Part shown: positions 27,238-32,000 of the stretch, piece by piece
Numbering within the stretch: the stretch's first letter is position 1
Layout: the number at the start of each line of letters is the position of its first letter
Source of the DNA: Chlamydiales bacterium
GTDB lineage: Bacteria > Chlamydiota > Chlamydiia > Chlamydiales > JAAKFR01
Reading direction: 5' to 3'
Length of the DNA stretch: 32,000 nucleotides
Assembly (NCBI GenBank): GCA_041395025.1
Contig: JAWLBH010000001.1
Span: 420,001 to 452,000 of the forward strand
Program-made: the position numbers and the translations under genes
The notes under the pieces: model-generated
Seen by the model: the letters and a program-made list of their open reading frames with translations, nothing else
The model's database searches: none
Told to the model about the DNA's origin: nothing

Positions 27238-27960
27238 ATGTGGATAGGAAATTATACATTATTAAATCTTTTTGGTTTGCTGATCCAATCAGTTTTCATC
27301 CAAAATATTCTTCTTTCCTATTTTTTAGGAATGTGTAGCTATCTAGCTTGCTCTAATCGCCTTACTACAGCCAATGGACTTGGAATGGCAGTCACTGTTG
27401 TATTAACTGCTTCCGGTGTACTAAATTGGTTTGTATTTTATTTTGTCACAAAACAAGGAGCACTTTCTTGGCTTGATTTTCTTGGTTTCAACTTTGGAGA
27501 AGTAGATTTAAGTTTTCTAAATCTCATTATTTTTATTTCTGTCATTGCAGCTTTTGTACAGATCCTTGAAATCATTATCGAAAGGTTTTCTCCTCCTCTT
27601 TATCACGCTCTAGGAATGTTCTTACCATTAATTACAGTGAACTGTGCGATTCTTGGTGGAGTGTTATTTGCAACTACACGTGAATATCCATTAATCGCCA
27701 ATGTGATCTTCTCATTTGGATCAGGATTGGGGTGGTGGCTAGCTATTGCATTGATCGCAGCTATTCGTGAAAAACTGACTTATTCTAATATTCCCAAAGG
27801 ACTTGAAGGAATGGGTATCACATTTATTATGACAGGATTAATGGCTATGGCCTTTATGGGTTTACTCGGGATAGATCTTGCCACTCCTACGGGTCAAAAA
27901 ACCCCTACCATTCAAGAAGATCTGTTCAAAACATCTGAGACGCCTCTTGCATATCCTTGA
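27238..27960 (+). CDS. nqrE: Na+-translocating NADH:quinone oxidoreductase subunit E (with C-terminal extension)
   Basis: 240 aa polytopic membrane protein. The conserved Cys contexts FLGMCSYLA and TVNCAILGG are present. A hydrophilic tail of about 35 aa follows the last TM. Confidence 0.95.
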   Translation: MWIGNYTLLNLFGLLIQSVFIQNILLSYFLGMCSYLACSNRLTTANGLGMAVTVVLTASGVLNWFVFYFVTKQGALSWLDFLGFNFGEVDLSFLNLIIFISVIAAFVQILEIIIERFSPPLYHALGMFLPLITVNCAILGGVLFATTREYPLIANVIFSFGSGLGWWLAIALIAAIREKLTYSNIPKGLEGMGITFIMTGLMAMAFMGLLGIDLATPTGQKTPTIQEDLFKTSETPLAYP

Positions 27961-28095
27961 AAAAAATGATGATTTCTAAAAAGAACAGCTTGTGGATACC
28001 AAAAAAAGCCTATACCGTTAAAGCTAACTTTAATCATCAAAACTCAACGTGTGATCTTATTTGATGGAATTAGGAAATTTATGCATCTTATAAAG

Positions 28096-28113
28096 AAGTC
28101 TAATATTAGACTT
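28096..28113. repeat. 18-bp perfect palindrome AAGTCTAATATTAGACTT between convergent nqrE and the 298-aa gene
   Basis: Read directly. It ends 7 nt before the stop codon of the minus-strand gene (the ORF's low-coordinate end, 28121). It could be a hairpin terminator (7-bp stem, 4-nt loop) or a dimeric protein-binding site. Confidence 0.5.
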
Positions 28114-28120
28114 ATTAAAA

Positions 28121-29017
28121 TCAAAAAGATAGCCTCTCTATTCGTTGTTTATTCACCCACAACTTTGCTTCTGCGAGAGCTAATTTGATGAGATCTGATA
28201 CACTGTGTCTGATATCTAATTCTATCCTTTCCTCTTCTTTTATTCCCTCTCCAATGAGTTTTTGATTATAAAAAATCCCACATACATTTTTAATGTAGAT
28301 AAAATACTCCTCACACATCAAAGCATCCTCTTGAGGATCTTTTTGAATAGTCTTTTTTCCATATTCAAAATGAAATTGACACTCCAGTTTGAATAAAATC
28401 TCTCCTGGTTTGTGATTAATCTCGATTCTTTCTGTACGAATAGTTCTTTGTGAAGAGCTAAAAACCAAATTTTTTCTGATCTCTTCTTCAACAGATTTTA
28501 GCTGATCATTTTCTTGCAAAAAGAGTACGAGCTCTTCATAGAATTGTTCTTTTCTCTTAATTTCATCTTCTAGATCAGATAAAGCTAATAATTCCTTTTT
28601 CTTCACTACATCTTTGTAGGATGGTGTTTTAAATAATTGCCGACCCGCTGTTTTTACTGGTTGTATTTTCTTCAAAATATCTGTAAAAAGACCATTGACA
28701 GCTTGAGCTATACTGCTCGATGTCAGATTAGCTCCCAAGACTTCTCTCTTATATTTACAAGCAAGCCAAACCTCTATACCTTCTTTTTTTGGTTGGTAAG
28801 ACACCCCTGTATTTTTAAATTTCCCCATAATCCTTATATCTAATTTTTGATTAAACATAATATCGAGAACACTTTCTTTTTGGGTTTGTAAAGCCAAAAG
28901 ATTGATCTTTTCTACTAAAGCTTTTTCCTGCTCTTGGCGGTAGGTTAATTGATTCAAAACATCACCTTCTCCTAAAAATAAAGTCACTAATTCTTCATTT
29001 GTTACTTGATTTGCCAT
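28121..29017 (-). CDS. Hypothetical protein (298 aa), charged, coiled-coil-rich
   Basis: A long ORF with no competing frame and no signal peptide or TM. Two helix-rich segments each precede a short beta-like block, which may reflect an internal duplication. I recognise no motif. Confidence 0.6.
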   Translation of the reverse strand: MANQVTNEELVTLFLGEGDVLNQLTYRQEQEKALVEKINLLALQTQKESVLDIMFNQKLDIRIMGKFKNTGVSYQPKKEGIEVWLACKYKREVLGANLTSSSIAQAVNGLFTDILKKIQPVKTAGRQLFKTPSYKDVVKKKELLALSDLEDEIKRKEQFYEELVLFLQENDQLKSVEEEIRKNLVFSSSQRTIRTERIEINHKPGEILFKLECQFHFEYGKKTIQKDPQEDALMCEEYFIYIKNVCGIFYNQKLIGEGIKEEERIELDIRHSVSDLIKLALAEAKLWVNKQRIERLSF

Positions 29018-29074
29018 AAGCTCTCTTTATATTTTGAAAAAAGGTGTTAACAAGGAATGAATTTTTAAGAAAAA

Positions 29075-29440
29075 TCAAACATTTTTAATATATTTTTGAT
29101 ATGTTTCTTTATCCATAAGAAGATCAAGTTCCGCTGGGTTACTTAACCGAATTTTAAAAAGCCAACCATTCTCTTCTGCAGAGGTATTGACCTTTTCTGG
29201 ATGATCGCGTAATGAAGAGTTGATCGCAACAATCGTCCCACTCACAGGAGTATAGATATCAACAGCTGCTTTAGTTGATTCTAAAACAATCACTTCATCT
29301 CCTGCCTTAACAGAAGATCCTTCAACTGGCAGTTCAATATAGACAATTTCCCCAAACTCTTTTTCTGCATAATCAGAGATTCCGACTGTAGCAATCTCTT
29401 CATTCACTACTATCCATTCATGTGATTCTGTATATTTCAT
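29075..29440 (-). CDS. gcvH: Glycine cleavage system H-type lipoyl carrier protein
   Basis: 121 aa. It shows HEWI, GISDYAEKEFGEIVYIELP, and the lipoyl-lysine context VLESTKAAVDIYTPVSG. Confidence 0.93.
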   Translation of the reverse strand: MKYTESHEWIVVNEEIATVGISDYAEKEFGEIVYIELPVEGSSVKAGDEVIVLESTKAAVDIYTPVSGTIVAINSSLRDHPEKVNTSAEENGWLFKIRLSNPAELDLLMDKETYQKYIKNV

Positions 29441-30072
29441 TTGACAAGCCTTAAACTTGCCCAGAGAGAAGGTTGTTGTTCTATCATAAAATGTCTATCA
29501 TCAGCAGAAAAACATTGTGAGTCATTATTGAGCCGATTAATGCGATAAGTAAACCCCAGTCTAGGAAACTGAAGAGGATCATATCCATACAAAGATTTAG
29601 AAGGAATAAAAATTCTAAACTGTCCATTTTTAATTTTTTTGATTTTGAGATTGTCTTGATCAGATAACTCGTGTTTATCCTCATTTCGAAATTTTGTTAT
29701 TTCGCCCGCTTGAACCCAACTGCCATTGTTTTCGACAGGTTCTGGAAGAAAATAAAAATGATGACAAAAGCGAGTATTATAACCAGTAGTTTTAATATCA
29801 CGTGTATCGTAGAAAAGTTCAATCGAATCGGCAATCTTAAAATCAGGAAACTTAGGTTGATTAAATCTTTCTGTCATCTCAACTTCAATAGAAATTCCCT
29901 CCTCACTCCATCCCATATAGAGATCTGCAAAAAAAGAGAGTCCATATATTTGAGAAAGATTTGGAAGCAAATGTTGCTTAGATATTGTCTTTCCATAGAG
30001 ACAATTAGCTCGAATCTGAAAAAAATCCATAGGGGATAAATCAGATAAAGACTCGTTCAGTTCATCAAACAT
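29437..30072 (-). CDS. Hypothetical protein (211 aa), possible CBM9/DOMON-like beta-sandwich
   Basis: Its stop overlaps the gcvH start (ATGA). The sequence pattern resembles CBM9-like domains: ADLYMGWSEEGISIEV, DSIELFYDTRD...YNTRFCHHFYFLP, GQFRIFIPSKSL, RLGFTYRINR, and a C-terminal SLWASLRL. No signal peptide is visible. Confidence 0.6.
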   Translation of the reverse strand: MFDELNESLSDLSPMDFFQIRANCLYGKTISKQHLLPNLSQIYGLSFFADLYMGWSEEGISIEVEMTERFNQPKFPDFKIADSIELFYDTRDIKTTGYNTRFCHHFYFLPEPVENNGSWVQAGEITKFRNEDKHELSDQDNLKIKKIKNGQFRIFIPSKSLYGYDPLQFPRLGFTYRINRLNNDSQCFSADDRHFMIEQQPSLWASLRLVK

Positions 30073-32000
30073 ATTTGGTTTAATAGAGATTCGAAAAATT
30101 TAATTTTGATCTCTTTTGTAAGAATTTCTTGAACGCCTATCCATTTTTCTATCCGAATGTTGTTATCAATGGGGATCTTCTTTGGTCGAAAACAATAGAC
30201 ACCTTCTTTTTTATCACTAAATACAGGAGAAAACTCTCCATCTTTGACACCAATAACCTCATCAAATTTAATGAATAGTGGCTGAGCACGTGAGACTGTG
30301 ATCTCTTTTTTCTCGATCTCCCAAATGCCAGATCCAGCCATTTCACGATATTTTTCGAGATAAGAGGCAAAAGAAATCTCATTTCTTAAAGGGGATCTAG
30401 ATAAAAATTGCTTTGCTTCTTTAAAAGGAAGAATTTCTTTCGTCTCTGGATGAGCTTTAACAAGAATACGATAGTAATACTTTTGATCTTGAGTATAACC
30501 AATAATTTCCTCTTTTTGGTCTAATAGCTCTTGAAAAGCAGATCTATCACTTAGACCTGGAAGGAATTCTCCTTTCCCAGCAGGAGATAGAAAAATATCC
30601 ATTTTTTTCATCGGAGCCTCAATAAGGGCCTCTTCCAACCAATCAGGATGAGCTTCAACAATTTGAGCAGCTGCATAAATATCGATCTTTTTTCGATCTT
30701 CTATTCGATCTAAGACTTCAAAAGGAGTCCCCTTTATAGATTTAAGTTCAGGAAAATAGGTTGTAATTTGATCCCAATTTGCAAGTTCCCAATCCCATGT
30801 CTCTTTGATACTGACTTTGGCTTGAAGAAGGTTTTTATCAATGTATCCGACAGAAAGAGGATAACGCTTTCCTACAATCTCAGGAGCACGTCTCTCTATA
30901 GTCTCAATTGAAGCATATGATTCAGGAAGTCCATGATTTAAAGAATCTGGTCTAATCGCTTCTAGATAAGTTGCAAATATCTCCTTAGATTCATGACTGT
31001 TAAATCGGTAATCAGAGGCCATTTGATAGAGTTCCAACACAACAGATTCATTTGCAGAATGATAAAATTGCTCAAAAATTAATGGATCAACAAGAAGGGT
31101 AGATTGGATGGCTTGCATCATTCTTCTAAATAAAGAAATATCTTCCCAAATATCAAGGATTGCAGATTCATCTAACCCTTTATGATGAAGGTAGATTTCT
31201 AAAAGTTCTTGGCTCGTCTTGATGGGTAGATCAAGATTGGCTGAAATTGCATCATAGGTTTTTTGATTTTTCACTAGAATATCTGCCAGTAGTTCATCAC
31301 GAGAAACAAAATATCCCTCATTACGAGCGATTTCAGCGATTTGAATCACCACTTTTGCAATATGCTCTACAAATTTTTCGCCAAACCAATCTTTAAGATC
31401 ATGATAATTAAAAAGGGTGATAGGATCCTTCGTTAGACGCGGATCGGCTGACTTACGTAAACATTCCTTTTCTTGATAACGAAGTAAATTAGTGAGAAAG
31501 GCAGGAGGAAAACATTTTTCAGATAAAAAAAGATCCATGCGGTTTTGAAAAGAATTTAGAGGATCTACAGCTGTCTGTAAAAGGTTTAACTTTTCAGGAA
31601 TCTCAGAAGCAAACAGAGACCAGATTTTTAAAACAGATAGAGAAGAAATATAGGGGTGTTGATAGGGTTGATAATCTCTTTCCTTCATCAGTCGTATCTC
31701 TAAATCCTTTTGGTATTCTTCTTTGCATCGTGTAAATAAACACATGGCAAGTCCTCCCTCAAGAAAATCTTTAGAAATCAACCCATCATTCAGATAGTTA
31801 CCATCGAAGAATTTAAATGATTCCATCCAGTCTTCTCGGTTAAGAAAATCGATCATGTGACTAAAATGAGCAGACTTTATTCCTTTCCCATTGGGAGTAT
31901 AGAAGACAATCTCATTCCCTTTATTTTCTCCTAATCCAGGGGCAAAAGCCTGATAGGTCCCAAAAAAAAGAAAACTCGTTACAATAATAATTGTAGTGAA
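30057..32000 (-). CDS. Large membrane-anchored hypothetical protein, 5'-truncated by the window edge (possible PpiD/SurA-like periplasmic chaperone)
   Basis: The frame stays open upstream of the ATG at 31856 to nt 32000. That extension encodes a TM-like segment (TTIIIVTSFLFFGTYQAF), so the true start lies outside the window. The C-terminal region has blocks reminiscent of degenerate parvulin/PpiD ends (GEFSPVFSDKKEGVYCFRPKK). The functional call is weak. Confidence 0.65.
   Translation of the reverse strand, partial: FTTIIIVTSFLFFGTYQAFAPGLGENKGNEIVFYTPNGKGIKSAHFSHMIDFLNREDWMESFKFFDGNYLNDGLISKDFLEGGLAMCLFTRCKEEYQKDLEIRLMKERDYQPYQHPYISSLSVLKIWSLFASEIPEKLNLLQTAVDPLNSFQNRMDLFLSEKCFPPAFLTNLLRYQEKECLRKSADPRLTKDPITLFNYHDLKDWFGEKFVEHIAKVVIQIAEIARNEGYFVSRDELLADILVKNQKTYDAISANLDLPIKTSQELLEIYLHHKGLDESAILDIWEDISLFRRMMQAIQSTLLVDPLIFEQFYHSANESVVLELYQMASDYRFNSHESKEIFATYLEAIRPDSLNHGLPESYASIETIERRAPEIVGKRYPLSVGYIDKNLLQAKVSIKETWDWELANWDQITTYFPELKSIKGTPFEVLDRIEDRKKIDIYAAAQIVEAHPDWLEEALIEAPMKKMDIFLSPAGKGEFLPGLSDRSAFQELLDQKEEIIGYTQDQKYYYRILVKAHPETKEILPFKEAKQFLSRSPLRNEISFASYLEKYREMAGSGIWEIEKKEITVSRAQPLFIKFDEVIGVKDGEFSPVFSDKKEGVYCFRPKKIPIDNNIRIEKWIGVQEILTKEIKIKFFESLLNQICLMN

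Noticed and set aside
27239-27999. Isolated DnaA-box-like 9-mers are present: TGTGGATAG at 27239-27247 and TGTGGATAC at 27991-27999.
   Set aside because: These are single occurrences, one of them inside the nqrE start region, with no clustering or adjacent AT-rich unwinding element. Chance matches are expected in 32 kb.
596-30382. There are many 60-120 aa ORFs nested in or antisense to the long genes. Examples are 596-841, 2937-3249, 5894-6082, 6528-6812, 7158-7355, 8366-8939, 9590-9778, 11554-11814, 12936-13217 and 13642-13824. Others are 15063-15272, 15585-15773, 17509-17865, 18129-18455, 20143-20546, 28637-28843, 29484-30039 and 30149-30382, plus the intergenic ORF at 2281-2466.
   Set aside because: Almost all overlap a gene with strong family motifs in another frame or strand. 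Their low-complexity, Leu/Ile/Lys/Phe-rich translations are typical of AT-rich shadow ORFs, with no motifs. The 118-aa and 108-aa antisense ORFs in dnaA and the bactofilin are explained by biased codon composition on the sense strand.
31856-32000. The ATG at 31856 could be taken as the true start of the 599-aa ORF.
   Set aside because: The frame remains open to the window edge, and the extra 48 codons encode a plausible N-terminal TM anchor. The gene is more likely truncated by the window.
1-32000. I looked for CRISPR arrays, transposases or IS ends, integrases, prophage genes, restriction-modification systems, toxin-antitoxin pairs and other defence-system hallmarks.
   Set aside because: I saw none on either strand. 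Every ORF of at least 150 aa is either a recognisable housekeeping gene or one of the unknowns listed, and none of those unknowns carries nuclease, ATPase or other defence-type motifs that I can recognise.

Overview
This is an AT-rich, tightly packed bacterial chromosome segment with many 4-25 nt gene overlaps. I call 29 protein-coding genes, two of them truncated by the window edges, and one tRNA-Arg(CCT).

Gene content and order point to Chlamydiae, probably an environmental Parachlamydiaceae-like lineage; this is an inference from synteny, not a database hit. The supporting signals are:
- a reduced division/cell-wall cluster, rsmH-ftsL-like-ftsI-murE-amiA, with no mraZ or ftsZ in the window
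- nqrBCDE without nqrA or nqrF
- an orphan gcvH
- dnaA followed by a bactofilin and a ComF-like gene
- a three-TPR gene resembling a type III secretion chaperone

From left to right the window holds lepA, a small two-TM protein, gnd, tRNA-Arg and the division cluster. A complete five-gene shikimate block (aroB, aroD/E fusion, aroA, aroK, aroC) runs directly into rsmH. Next come a 164-aa unknown plus the TPR chaperone-like pair and a 523-bp AT-rich region with DnaA-box-like motifs. These are followed by dnaA, the bactofilin, the ComF-like gene and a secreted tandem-repeat protein. The remainder holds a 1375-aa N-anchored TamB/AsmA-like giant, nqrBCDE, a 298-aa unknown, gcvH, a CBM9/DOMON-like unknown and a large membrane-anchored unknown.

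I found no mobile elements, CRISPR array, rRNA, or recognisable defence or toxin-antitoxin system. The window is mostly conserved core genome, and I do not see convincing evidence of a wholly new multi-gene system. The most interesting loci are:
- the giant TamB-like protein
- the secreted repeat protein convergent with it
- the dnaA upstream region combined with substitutions in DnaA domain IV
- the unknown/TPR-chaperone pair
- the gcvH-containing operon of unknowns
- an Inc-like two-TM protein

All functional calls come from reading motifs in the translations. No searches were run.
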